Below are positions 48,696 to 59,194 of a stretch of 64,000 bases of DNA, one piece after another (positions within the stretch are counted from its first letter, which is position 1; every line of letters starts with the position of its first letter). Origin of the DNA: Alphaproteobacteria bacterium (GTDB lineage: Bacteria > Pseudomonadota > Alphaproteobacteria > JAAXGF01); contig CAUVXB020000002.1 in the NCBI GenBank assembly GCA_963555825.3, positions 896,001-960,000 on the forward strand. Direction: 5' to 3'. The position numbers were made by a program, and so were the translations under genes. The notes beneath the pieces were generated by a model that saw only the letters and a list, made by a program, of their open reading frames with translations, did no database searches and was not told where the DNA came from.

Positions 48696-50012
48696 TCAAC
48701 CGTTGTCGGCCAGCACCGTGCCGGCGAGATAGATCGAACCGCAGATCAGGACCCGCGCGGGCCCCCCGGTTCCATCGCCGACGATACCGGCCAGCGCCGC
48801 CTCGACGCCGTCGGTGGTGGTCGCCGCGAGGCCGGCTGTGTGCGCCGCGGCGGCGGTCTCGTCGGCGCTCAGCGTCGCCTCCTCGCCGGGGATCGAGACG
48901 CAGGCGGCATCGGCCGCGAGCGCCGCCAGGGGCGCCAGGAAGCCGACCGGGTCCTTGGTGTTCAGCATGCCGACGATCAGGTGGAGCGGGCGGTCGCGCC
49001 AGTCGGCGAGCGCCCCCGCGAGCGCCCGGCCGGCGGCCGGGTTGTGGCCGGCATCGAGCCACAGTTCCCAGCCGTCTGGCAGCCGGTCCGCAAGCGGGCC
49101 GCGGCTCAGCCGCTGCAGGCGGCCCGGCCAGTCGACGTTGGCCAGGCCGGCGGCGATGTGGTCGGCGCCGACCGCGAAGCCCTCGAGGGTCTCGAGACAG
49201 GCCACGGCCACGGCCGCGTTGTCGATCTGATAGTCGCCGGGCAGGGCGGGGCGCGGCAGCGCCATCTCGCCGGCGGCCGAGACGTAGCGCATGCCGCCCT
49301 TCGTCGCCTCGGCGCGGAAGTCGGCGCCGTGGCGCTTGAGCGGGCTGCCGACCTCGACCGCCTTGGCGGCGATGACCTCGGCGGCAACCGGCTCCTGCCG
49401 GCCGATCACCGCCGTCACGCCCGGCTTCAGGATGCCCGCCTTCTCGCCGGCGATGGCGGCGAGGCCGTGGCCGAGATACTGCTCATGGTCGATCGAGACC
49501 GGCGTGATGACCGAGAGCGCCGGGTGCGCGAGCACGTTGGTCGCGTCGAGCCGGCCGCCGAGGCCGGTCTCGAGCAGAGCCACGTCGGCGGGCGCCCGCG
49601 CGAAGCCGAGCAAGGCGGCCGCCGTGGTCACCTCGAAGAAGGTGATCGGCTGATCGCCGTTAACCCGCTCGCATTCACCGAGCAGTTCGGCGAGCGCGTC
49701 CTCTTCGATCAGCGCGCCGGCCAGGCGGATGCGTTCGTGGAAGCGCACCATATGCGGCGAAGTGTAGACGTGGACGCGGTAGCCGGCGGCCTCGAGCGCG
49801 GCGCGCATATAGGCGACGACCGAGCCCTTGCCGTTGGTGCCCGCGACATGGACCGTCGGCGGCAGCGCCCGATCGGGGTTGCCGAGCGCGGCGAGCAAGC
49901 GCTCGATCCGGTCGAGCGAGAGATCGATCAGCTTGGGATGGAGCGCGAGCAGGCGCTCGAGAAGGACGTCACTCTTCAGCCTGGGGCTCCCCGGTTTCGA
50001 CGATCGCCGCAT
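48696..50012 (-). CDS. folC: Folylpolyglutamate/dihydrofolate synthase (start uncertain; possibly CTG at 49979)
   Basis: HVAGTNGKGS, YTSPH, ETGLGGRLDATN, WPGRLQ, CGSIYL. Confidence 0.95.
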   Translation of the reverse strand: MRRSSKPGSPRLKSDVLLERLLALHPKLIDLSLDRIERLLAALGNPDRALPPTVHVAGTNGKGSVVAYMRAALEAAGYRVHVYTSPHMVRFHERIRLAGALIEEDALAELLGECERVNGDQPITFFEVTTAAALLGFARAPADVALLETGLGGRLDATNVLAHPALSVITPVSIDHEQYLGHGLAAIAGEKAGILKPGVTAVIGRQEPVAAEVIAAKAVEVGSPLKRHGADFRAEATKGGMRYVSAAGEMALPRPALPGDYQIDNAAVAVACLETLEGFAVGADHIAAGLANVDWPGRLQRLSRGPLADRLPDGWELWLDAGHNPAAGRALAGALADWRDRPLHLIVGMLNTKDPVGFLAPLAALAADAACVSIPGEEATLSADETAAAAHTAGLAATTTDGVEAALAGIVGDGTGGPARVLICGSIYLAGTVLADNG

Positions 50013-50922
50013 CGCCTGCCACGGGCGGGATATCGAGGTCGGGCAACGGCAGCTCGACGATCTCGGCGATCCGCCCCGGCGTGCTCAACAGCTCGAGAAT
50101 GAGGATCAGGCGGTCGCGCAGTTTGTGGCGGTGGACGACGGCGTCGACCATGCCGTGCTCGAGCAGGTATTCCGCGCGCTGGAAGCCCTCTGGCAGCGTC
50201 TCGCGGATGGTTTCCTCGATGACCCGCACGCCGGCGAAGCCGATGATCGCGCCCGGTTCGGCGAGCGTCACGTCGCCCAGCATGGCAAACGACGCGGTCA
50301 CGCCGCCGGTCGTCGGGTTGGTCAGCACGACGATATAAGGCTGGCCGGCGTCCTTGACCTCGTTGATGGCGATCGTCGTGCGCGCCATCTGCATCAGCGA
50401 CAGGATGCCCTCCTGCATGCGTGCGCCGCCCGAGGCCGATATGAAGATCAGCGGCGCCTGTTGCAGAACCGCGAGCTGGGCGGCGGCGACCAGGCCCTCG
50501 CCGACCGCGACGCCCATCGATCCGCCCATGAATGCGAAGTTGAACGTCGCGACGACGACGCCCTCGCCGCCCATCTTGCCATGCGCGACGACCACCGCGT
50601 CTTTCTCGCCGGTCTTGGCCTGGTATTCCTTGAGCCGCTCGGTGTAGCGCTTGGTGTCGCGGAACTTGAGCGGATCGATCGGCACGGCGGGCAGCTCGAT
50701 CGTTTGGTAGTCGCCCTCGTCGAACAGCATGGCCAGTCGCGCCTTGCAGCCGAGCTGCATGTGGTGGCCGCAGTGCTGACAGATGGACAGGTTGGCTTCG
50801 AGGTCGCGGTGGAAGATCATCTGCTCGCAGGACGAACACTTCTCCCACAGATTGTCGGCAATGTCCGGCTTGCGCACGAGCGCGCGGATCTTGGGGCGGA
50901 CGAAGTTGGTCAGCCAGTTCAC
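49969..50922 (-). CDS. accD: Acetyl-CoA carboxylase carboxyltransferase beta subunit
   Basis: C4 zinc finger, FMGGSMG, SGGARMQEG, PTTGGV-ASFAMLGD. Confidence 0.97.
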   Translation of the reverse strand: MNWLTNFVRPKIRALVRKPDIADNLWEKCSSCEQMIFHRDLEANLSICQHCGHHMQLGCKARLAMLFDEGDYQTIELPAVPIDPLKFRDTKRYTERLKEYQAKTGEKDAVVVAHGKMGGEGVVVATFNFAFMGGSMGVAVGEGLVAAAQLAVLQQAPLIFISASGGARMQEGILSLMQMARTTIAINEVKDAGQPYIVVLTNPTTGGVTASFAMLGDVTLAEPGAIIGFAGVRVIEETIRETLPEGFQRAEYLLEHGMVDAVVHRHKLRDRLILILELLSTPGRIAEIVELPLPDLDIPPVAGDAAIVETGEPQAEE

Positions 50923-50993
50923 GACGCCGTCTCCAAAATGCCTCTACGCTTACACCGCGCCCAGTATAGGCGATTTGGGAGTTACAGCATAAA

Positions 50994-51116
50994 CCGATCG
51001 ATTTCGATCGATTGGATTATGCCAGCCCGCGACTGTGGGTCGCCGACCGTTCGGCGGGAGCATGCGCGGCGATTGAGCGTAGGTAAGCTTTACGTAGTTA
51101 AGCTTACCGCCGAAAG
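50994..51116 (+). repeat. Structured repeat family B, copy B4
   Basis: AGCCCGC-GACT-GTGGGT-CGCCGACCGTTCGGCG-GGA-GCATGCGCGGCGATTGAGCGTA-[GGTAAGCTT..AAGCTTACC]. Confidence 0.82.
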
Positions 51117-51549
51117 ACGCTAGTGTCCTGATCGATAAATTGATATGATTATGTCTCTATTTGTTTTTAGGAGGCGCGATTGATGGCGAGAGTGGCGGTG
51201 ACGATCTCTTTGAGCGATGACGAGCGCGCCGAATTGGAGGCGCTGTCTCGTCGTCGCAAGACGTCGCAGGGGCTTGCGCGGCGGGCTCGGATCGTCTTGG
51301 CGGCGGCGGAAGGGTTGGAGAACAAGGAGATCGCCGTTCGTCTCGAGGCGAGCGCGGACACCGTGGGCAAGTGGCGTCGCCGCTATGCGGCGGAGGGCCT
51401 CGACGGTCTGTACGACGAACCCCGCCCCGGCGCGCCGCGTCAAATCGGCGATGACGCCATCGCGGAAGCGGTCCGGCTGACGCTGGAAGAGACGCCGCCG
51501 GACGCGACCCATTGGAGCCTTCGCTCGATGGCGCGGGCGAGCGGCCACG

Positions 51550-52927
51550 GAGCTATGTCCGAAAGTTGGTGACGGAGCTATCAGGCGGCGTGTTTGGTTA
51601 TCTTGATTCCGTCCTTGAACGGCACTCCTTCGACGAGTTCGGCGAGTTGATTTGATCCGTCCAGCTTCCGCCATTTCCGCCTGGCACTCAAGATCAGTTT
51701 GAAGGCCATGGCGAGCGCCGTCTTGCGGCTCAGGCACCCCTTGGTCTTCACGGTCCTCAGGCGCACCGTGGCGAAGGTGCTTTCGATGGGGTTGGTGGTG
51801 CGGATGTGCTTCCAGTGCTCGGCCGGGAAGTCGTAGAAGCTCAGCAGGCGTTCACGGTCCTTGACCAGGCGCTCTGCGGCCTTGTGGTATTTTGCGCCGT
51901 AGGCTGCGATGAAGAAGTCGAAGGCGGCTTCGGCGTCGGCCCTAGTCTCGGCCATCCAGATGTCGTGCAGATGGCCCTTGGCTTTGGCCTGCAGGGATTT
52001 GGGCATCTGGTTGAGCACGTTGGCGGTCTTGTGGACCCAGCAACGCTGCACCCTGGTCTCTCCGTAAACCTCGCGTAGCGCCTTCCAGAAGCCCAAGGCG
52101 CCGTCGCCGACGGCCAACTCGGGGCCGGTCTCCAAGCCCCGGCGCTTGAGATCAAGCAGCAGTTCCTTCCAGCTTTGCGCGCTCTCTCGATAACTGTCGA
52201 CCATGCCGACGATGTCCTTGTTGCCCATGGCGTCGGCGCCGATGATCACCAGAACACACTGTTTGTCATGGTCCATGCGAGGCGAGAAGTAGACCCCGTC
52301 GGCCCAAAAATAGACGTAGCGCCGAGCCGAAAGGTCGCGCTTTTGCCAGGCTTCGTATTCGTCCCACCAGACCGCTTTCAGCCGGCCAATGGTGCTGGCC
52401 GTCAGGCCCGGCGCGTCCGGTCCCAGCAGCGCCGCCAGGGCCTCCGAAAAGTCGCCGCTGGAGATGCCCTTCAGATAAAGCCAGGGCAGAAGCGCCTCGA
52501 CCGACTTGGCGCGCCTGAGATAAGGCGGCAGGATCGATGACGTGAAACGGATGCGCCCGCCCGTGGCCTGTGGATCTCGGTCTCGCACTCTTGGCCGCTT
52601 CACCGTCACAGCTCCGATCCCGGTCTGAACCTCGCGTTCCGGCATGTGCCCGTGACGGACAATACGGCGCCGGCCCGAAGCGTCGGTCAAATCGGCATGG
52701 GCTTCAATATGGGCGGCAACTTCCGCTTCAATCGCCTGGCCAAGCAACTGCCGGGCGCCGGCGCGCAATATCTCCGTCAGCGGATCGTCGGAAAATGACT
52801 CTGGCTGGCGCAACGCAACAACTGTATCGTCTTTCATGGCGTATCCCTTTCTTCGGAAAATTGGCGTCTTCATCAACGCCAGGATACGCCGCCTTCATTC
52901 TCCATCACCAAGATTCAGCTATAGCTC
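51550..52927 (-). mobile_element. IS256-family element with 9-bp target duplication
   Basis: Imperfect TIR GAGCTAT...TTGGTGA; direct repeat GCGGCCACG at 51541-51549 and 52928-52936. Confidence 0.94.
51581..52837 (-). CDS. IS256 transposase
   Basis: [37 protein letters not shown]. Confidence 0.95.
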   Translation of the reverse strand: MKDDTVVALRQPESFSDDPLTEILRAGARQLLGQAIEAEVAAHIEAHADLTDASGRRRIVRHGHMPEREVQTGIGAVTVKRPRVRDRDPQATGGRIRFTSSILPPYLRRAKSVEALLPWLYLKGISSGDFSEALAALLGPDAPGLTASTIGRLKAVWWDEYEAWQKRDLSARRYVYFWADGVYFSPRMDHDKQCVLVIIGADAMGNKDIVGMVDSYRESAQSWKELLLDLKRRGLETGPELAVGDGALGFWKALREVYGETRVQRCWVHKTANVLNQMPKSLQAKAKGHLHDIWMAETRADAEAAFDFFIAAYGAKYHKAAERLVKDRERLLSFYDFPAEHWKHIRTTNPIESTFATVRLRTVKTKGCLSRKTALAMAFKLILSARRKWRKLDGSNQLAELVEGVPFKDGIKITKHAA

Positions 52928-53687
52928 GCGGCCACGCGCCCTCGACCATTCATCGCATCTGGCGGGCCTTCGGCTTGCAGCCGCATCGCTCGGAGACCTT
53001 CAAGCTGTCGAGCGATCCCTTCTTCGTGGAGAAGGTCCGCGACATCGTCGGTCTGTATTTGGCGCCGCCGGATCGTGCCCTGGTTCTCTGTGTCGACGAA
53101 AAGAGCCAGATCCAGGCCCTGGACCGTTCCCAGCCCCTCTTGCCGATGCGCCCCGGGCAGGCGGAGCGGCGCAGCCACGACTACAAGCGCCACGGCACGA
53201 CCTCTCTCTTCGCGGCCCTCGACATCGCCACGGGAGAGATCATCGGCAAATGTTTCCCGCGCCATCGGGCCCGAGAGTTCCGCAAATTCCTCGACCTCGT
53301 CGAGGCGAACGTCCCTGCTGATCTCGACATCCACATCGTCATGGACAACTACGGGACCCACAAGACCAAGGCGATCCGCGACTGGTTCGCCAAACGGCCG
53401 CGCTGGCAGGCCCATTTCACACCCACCAGCGCCTCCTGGCTGAACCAGGTCGAGCGCTGGTTCGGGCTGCTGACCGACAAGCAGATCAGGCGCGGCGTCC
53501 ATCGCTCCACCAAGGAGTTGGAGCGCACCATCCTCGACTACATCGACACGACAAACCAGAACCCCAAACCCTTCAAATGGACCAAATCCGCCGATGACAT
53601 CCTCGGCGCCATCCAGCGCTTCTGCCTCCGAACAATCGAAATCGCTGAACAGCAGGCGAAAATCATGCGAACTTCGGAATCGGGACA

Positions 53688-54526
53688 CTAGCCGCGCGCG
53701 CTGCGCACGCCTTGCGCCAAACCGCCGACCAGGGCGAGAACGTCGTCGACCAGGCCCGGCCGCGGCGCGCCGCTCTCGTCGAGGTTGGCTTTGACCCGAT
53801 CGACGATCGCCGAGCCGACCACCGCGGCGTCGGCGACGCGCGCCACATCGGCCGCGTCGTCGGGCGTCTTGATGCCGAATCCGACCGCGACCGGCAGCTC
53901 GGTGTGGCGCTGCAACCGGGCGACCGCCTCGCCCGTCGTCGTGGCGGCGGCGCCCTTGGCTCCGGTAATCCCGGTGATCGAGACGTAGTAGACGAAGCCC
54001 GAGGTATTGGCGAGCACCCGGGGCAGGCGTCGATCGTCGGTCGTCGGCGTCGCCAGGCGGATGAAGTTGAGGCCGCGGGCGAGCGCCGGCAGACACAGCT
54101 CCTCGTCCTCCTCGGGCGGCAGGTCGACGATGATCAGACCGTCGACCCCGGCGACCCGCGCGTCGTCGAGGAACGCCTCGTTGCCGTAGACGTAGATCGG
54201 GTTGTAGTAGCCCATCAGCACGATCGGTGTGTCCTGGTCGCCGGCGCGGAAGGCGCGCACCATGTCGAGCGTCTTGCTCAGCGTATGGCCCGAGGCGAGC
54301 GCGCGCAGGCTGGACGCCTGGATCGACGGGCCGTCGGCCATCGGGTCGGTGAACGGCATGCCGAGCTCGATGATGTCGGCGCCGGCGGCGGGCAGGCCCT
54401 CGAGGATCGCCATGCCATGGGCGAAGTCGGGGTCGCCCGCGGTGACGAATGTGACCAGGCCGCCGCGGTTCTCCGCGGCGAGCCGGGCGAAACGGCGCGC
54501 GATACGCCCGTCGTCGTCGGCCCCGC

Positions 54527-54530
<4 letters not shown>
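53688..54530 (-). CDS. trpA: Tryptophan synthase alpha subunit
   Basis: [36 protein letters not shown]. Confidence 0.97.
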
Positions 54531-55738
<1,208 letters not shown>

Positions 55739-55760
55739 GATCGATATCTCCGCGCGCCGC

Positions 55761-56408
55761 TCAAAGCGCCGCTACCGCGGTGAGAAAATCGGCGATAGAC
55801 GCCGGGTTCTTGTGGCCCGGCCGGTCCTCGACGCCCGACGAGACGTCGACCGCGCGGGCGCCCGAGATGCGCACCGCCTCGGCGACGTTGCCGGCATCGA
55901 GCCCACCCGCCAGCAGCCACGGCTTCGGCCAGACGTGGCCGGCGAGCAATCGCCAGTCGAAGGCGAGCGCGTTGCCGCCGGGCAGCGCGTCCTTCATGCC
56001 CTTGGGGGCGCGCGCGTCGAACAGCAGCCAGTCGGCGACCTCGGCATAACCGCCGGCGGCCTCGATGTCGGCTTCGCCCGAAACCGCGATCGTCTTCATC
56101 ACCGGCACGTCGAAGCGGGCGCGCACCGCGGCCACGCGCGCCGGGCTCTCGCCGCCGTGGAGCTGAATGAGGTCGAGCCGGACGATCGCCAGCGTTGCTG
56201 CGAGCGTGTCGTCGTCGGGATCGACGAAGACGCCGACCTTGGCAATGTCTGGCGGCGTGCCGGCGACCAGCGCCGCCGCCGCTTCGGGCGTCACGGCGCG
56301 CGGCGAAGGCGGGTAGAAGTTGACGCCGATGAGGCGCGCGCCGCCATCGACGGCGGCGGACACCGCTGCCGGCGAGTTGACGCCGCAAATTTTCGCTGCA
56401 ACGGACAT
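55761..56408 (-). CDS. trpF: Phosphoribosylanthranilate isomerase
   Basis: KICG, QLHG-E, LAGGL, DVSSGVE. Confidence 0.96.
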   Translation of the reverse strand: MSVAAKICGVNSPAAVSAAVDGGARLIGVNFYPPSPRAVTPEAAAALVAGTPPDIAKVGVFVDPDDDTLAATLAIVRLDLIQLHGGESPARVAAVRARFDVPVMKTIAVSGEADIEAAGGYAEVADWLLFDARAPKGMKDALPGGNALAFDWRLLAGHVWPKPWLLAGGLDAGNVAEAVRISGARAVDVSSGVEDRPGHKNPASIADFLTAVAAL

Positions 56409-56425
56409 GGTTGAGAATTCCGGGC

Positions 56426-57157
56426 TCAGCCGGCGCCCGAGACCATCTCGCCGATGATGCGGCGCGCCGCCGCGGCAGGATCATCTGCGCGCGTGATCGG
56501 CCGGCCGACGACGAGGTAGTCGGCGCCGCGTCTGATCGCCTCGGCCGGCGTGACGATGCGCTTCTGGTCGTCGGCCGACGACCAGGCTGGGCGAATGCCG
56601 GGTATGACGAGGGTGAAATCCGCGCCGCATTGGGTGCGCAGATCGGCGATCTCATGCGCCGAGGCGACGACACCGTCGAGGCCATTGTCGCGCGCCAAAT
56701 CGGCGAGGCGGCGTACCTGATCGGCCAGCGGCCCCTTCATGCCGACCGCATCGACGTCGACGTCGTCGAAGCTGGTCAGCACGGTAATGCCGACGACCAG
56801 CGGCCGATTGGCGCCGTTTCGGTCGGCCAGGCGGAACGAGGCGGCCATCGCGGCGCGCATCATGGCCGGGCCACCGGCGACGTGGACCGTCATCATGAAC
56901 GGGTTGAGCGCGGCCGAGCCGCGGATCGCGCCAGCCACCGTGTTCGGGATGTCGTAGTATTTGAGATCGAGGAATACCGGCAGGCCGCAGCGACTGACCT
57001 CGGTCACGCCTTGGGGGCCGTGCGCGGTGTAGAACTCGAGCCCCAGCTTGATCCCGCCGACGACGTCGACGAGCGACGCCGCGAGCGATACCGCGGTATC
57101 GAGCTCGGCGGTATCGATCGCGCAGATCAAGCGCTTGGCGCTGTCGGCGTCGGTCAT
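56426..57157 (-). CDS. pyrF: Orotidine-5'-phosphate decarboxylase
   Basis: FLDLK-YDIPNTV, VLTS, PGIRP, DDQKR, VVGRPIT. Confidence 0.96.
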   Translation of the reverse strand: MTDADSAKRLICAIDTAELDTAVSLAASLVDVVGGIKLGLEFYTAHGPQGVTEVSRCGLPVFLDLKYYDIPNTVAGAIRGSAALNPFMMTVHVAGGPAMMRAAMAASFRLADRNGANRPLVVGITVLTSFDDVDVDAVGMKGPLADQVRRLADLARDNGLDGVVASAHEIADLRTQCGADFTLVIPGIRPAWSSADDQKRIVTPAEAIRRGADYLVVGRPITRADDPAAAARRIIGEMVSGAG

Positions 57158-57213
57158 GATGTCCTTCCCCTCGCGGCCCGTTGGATGCGACCGCTTCGCC
57201 GCTTTATAGCAGA

Positions 57214-57472
57214 CTAGCCCGGATTTCTCACTATAGACAGGCGCGTCATCGCGTCGGGCGGTCGCCGAGCCGCCAGGAGAGGGCCGCCGAGCGTGGCCTG
57301 GGCCACGGTCAAGGCCTTCGACGCCGCGCACGCCCCGCCCGGCGTGACCCTAAAGGGCGGCGGATATCGGACGACAGGCGGCGTCAAAACGCTTGCCCGA
57401 TGCGCACTTTTCCTTGCCTGTCGGCCGATATCCGCCGTGCCGCACCTGTCAATAATAAGAACTCCTGGCTAG
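57214..57472 (-). mobile_element. MITE family D (259 bp)
   Basis: 32-bp TIR starting CTAGCC (26/32 match); CTAG at both ends; long internal hairpin 57358-57437. Confidence 0.75.
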
Positions 57473-57534
57473 GGCTTGTCTAGGCACGACAATTCAAGAT
57501 CACGGTCGCGTGGCGCGGCGGCGTCCGGAACGTG

Positions 57535-57858
57535 TCAGACCGGCTCTACGGTCGTGGTGAGCGCGCCACCGCGTGTTTCGGGCGCGGCGTCGCGACGCGC
57601 CAGATCGCGCTCCAGCGTCGCCGCCTTGCGCTTGTTGGCGCGCGCGTCGCGACGTGTCCGATGTCCGCCAAGCCAGGCCGCCGTGACGCCGCCGACGAAG
57701 CCGAGCACAAGCCCGGCAAAGGCGACGCCGTAAAGCGGCAGGTCGGGGGCGAAGGGCAACGGGTCGAAGCGCACCGTGACATCGTGACGGTTGGCCACCG
57801 CGAAGACAACGATGAAGACGCCGATTGGAATGCCGACGATCCAACGCAGCAACTTCAT
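57535..57858 (-). CDS. LapA (LPS assembly protein A) domain protein
   Basis: FAVANR-V-FDP, two hydrophobic segments; follows ihfB. Confidence 0.82.
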   Translation of the reverse strand: MKLLRWIVGIPIGVFIVVFAVANRHDVTVRFDPLPFAPDLPLYGVAFAGLVLGFVGGVTAAWLGGHRTRRDARANKRKAATLERDLARRDAAPETRGGALTTTVEPV

Positions 57859-57881
57859 CGGTGAGACGCCGCGGCCGGCGC

Positions 57882-58163
57882 TCACTTGGAATTGAGCCGT
57901 TCGCGTAGCTCCTTGCCGGTCTTGAAATAGGGCAAGCGCTTGGACGCGACCTGCACGGCCTCACCAGTACGCGGATTGCGACCGACGCGCGCCGCGCGTT
58001 GCTTGACCGAAAACGCGCCGAAACCACGCAGTTCGACCCGTTCACCGCGCGCCAGGGCGGCGGAGATTTCCTCGAAGATCGTACTGACGATACGCTCGAC
58101 ATCGCGGTGATAGAGATGCGGATTCTGTTCCGCCAACTGCATGATGAGCTGCGATCTCGTCAT
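57882..58163 (-). CDS. ihfB: Integration host factor beta subunit
   Basis: [29 protein letters not shown]. Confidence 0.96.
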   Translation of the reverse strand: MTRSQLIMQLAEQNPHLYHRDVERIVSTIFEEISAALARGERVELRGFGAFSVKQRAARVGRNPRTGEAVQVASKRLPYFKTGKELRERLNSK

Positions 58164-58240
58164 ATTACCCCTCCCGAAGCGGTCGATTTCAGCCGGGAGG
58201 CGGCCGTCATGTCCGCAATCGATTGTCTTGGACGACCGTC

Positions 58241-59155
58241 TCATCCACCGCCAGGGTGCCAAACCGACATCAAACCGTCAAGCATAAGTCGTTCTGATAC
58301 CTTTATATTTTTAGCGAGCGAACCCAGCGCGTCGAACCATTGACCGCCCAGCTTGTCCATCTTGATGTCGCGCGTCGGCAGGTCGACAGGCACACCCTTT
58401 TCGCTGGCGAGCCAGCTGCGTGCTTCCGTTTCGCCGCCGATCTCGTCGATCAAGTCGTGACCGAGCGCCTGGCGCCCCGAGTAGACGCGGCCGTCGGCCA
58501 ACCCGCGCACACCGGCCTCGTCGAGGCTGCGGCGTTCGGCGACCATCGAGGTGAACAGCGCGTGCATGTCGTCGATAACCGACTGGGTAGCGGCGCGCAC
58601 CTCGTCGGTCAGCGGCTCGAGCGGTGAGGGCGCGGCCTTGAGCGGCCCGCTCTTGATCGCCTCGGCCGAGACACCGATATTTTCCAACAGGCCGGTGATA
58701 TCGGTGGTCTGCATCAGGACGCCGATCGAGCCGGTGATCGTGCCATTGCGCGCGTAGATGCGGTCGGATGCGATCGCCACCATATAGCCCGCCGAGGTCG
58801 CGACGGTGCCCATGACGGCGAGCACCGGCTTGTGCTCGGCAACGTCGCGCAACGCGAGATAGAGTGATTCGCCGCCGACGAAGGTGCCGCCGGGGCTGTT
58901 GATGTTGACGATCAGGGCCTTGGCCTTGTCATCGCCGGCGACCGCGGCAAGCGCCTCGATCAGCACCGGATCGTCGACGATGATGCCGGCGACCGCGACG
59001 CGGGCGACATGATCACGCACCGCCCAGTCCTCGAAGCGCGCGACGCCACCGATGACGCCAGCGACGATCGCGACGATCGCCAAGCCGCGCCAGACGGCGA
59101 TCCGGCGCTTGAGGCGCCGGCGGTCGACCATCATGTCGGTGTCGTGGCTCATCAT
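58241..59155 (-). CDS. sppA: Signal peptide peptidase SppA (S49, short type)
   Basis: INSPGG, A-SAGY, TGSIGV, DGRVYSG-QA. Confidence 0.93.
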   Translation of the reverse strand: MMSHDTDMMVDRRRLKRRIAVWRGLAIVAIVAGVIGGVARFEDWAVRDHVARVAVAGIIVDDPVLIEALAAVAGDDKAKALIVNINSPGGTFVGGESLYLALRDVAEHKPVLAVMGTVATSAGYMVAIASDRIYARNGTITGSIGVLMQTTDITGLLENIGVSAEAIKSGPLKAAPSPLEPLTDEVRAATQSVIDDMHALFTSMVAERRSLDEAGVRGLADGRVYSGRQALGHDLIDEIGGETEARSWLASEKGVPVDLPTRDIKMDKLGGQWFDALGSLAKNIKVSERLMLDGLMSVWHPGGG

Positions 59156-59194
59156 GCCCTCTGTCGGCGCCTCGTCATCGCCCAGGGCGCGGCG

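Larger units (their letters stand above)
51121..53690 (+). mobile_element. IS630-family element (second type, single-ORF transposase 51183-53691), disrupted by IS256
   Basis: CTAGTGTCC(T/C)GAT ends at a CTAG site; halves ...MARASGH|APSTIHRIW...; [27 protein letters not shown]. Confidence 0.92.

Noticed and set aside
52570-53691. 373-aa novel protein
   Set aside because: It is a chimera of IS256 antisense sequence and the C-terminal half of the interrupted IS630 transposase.
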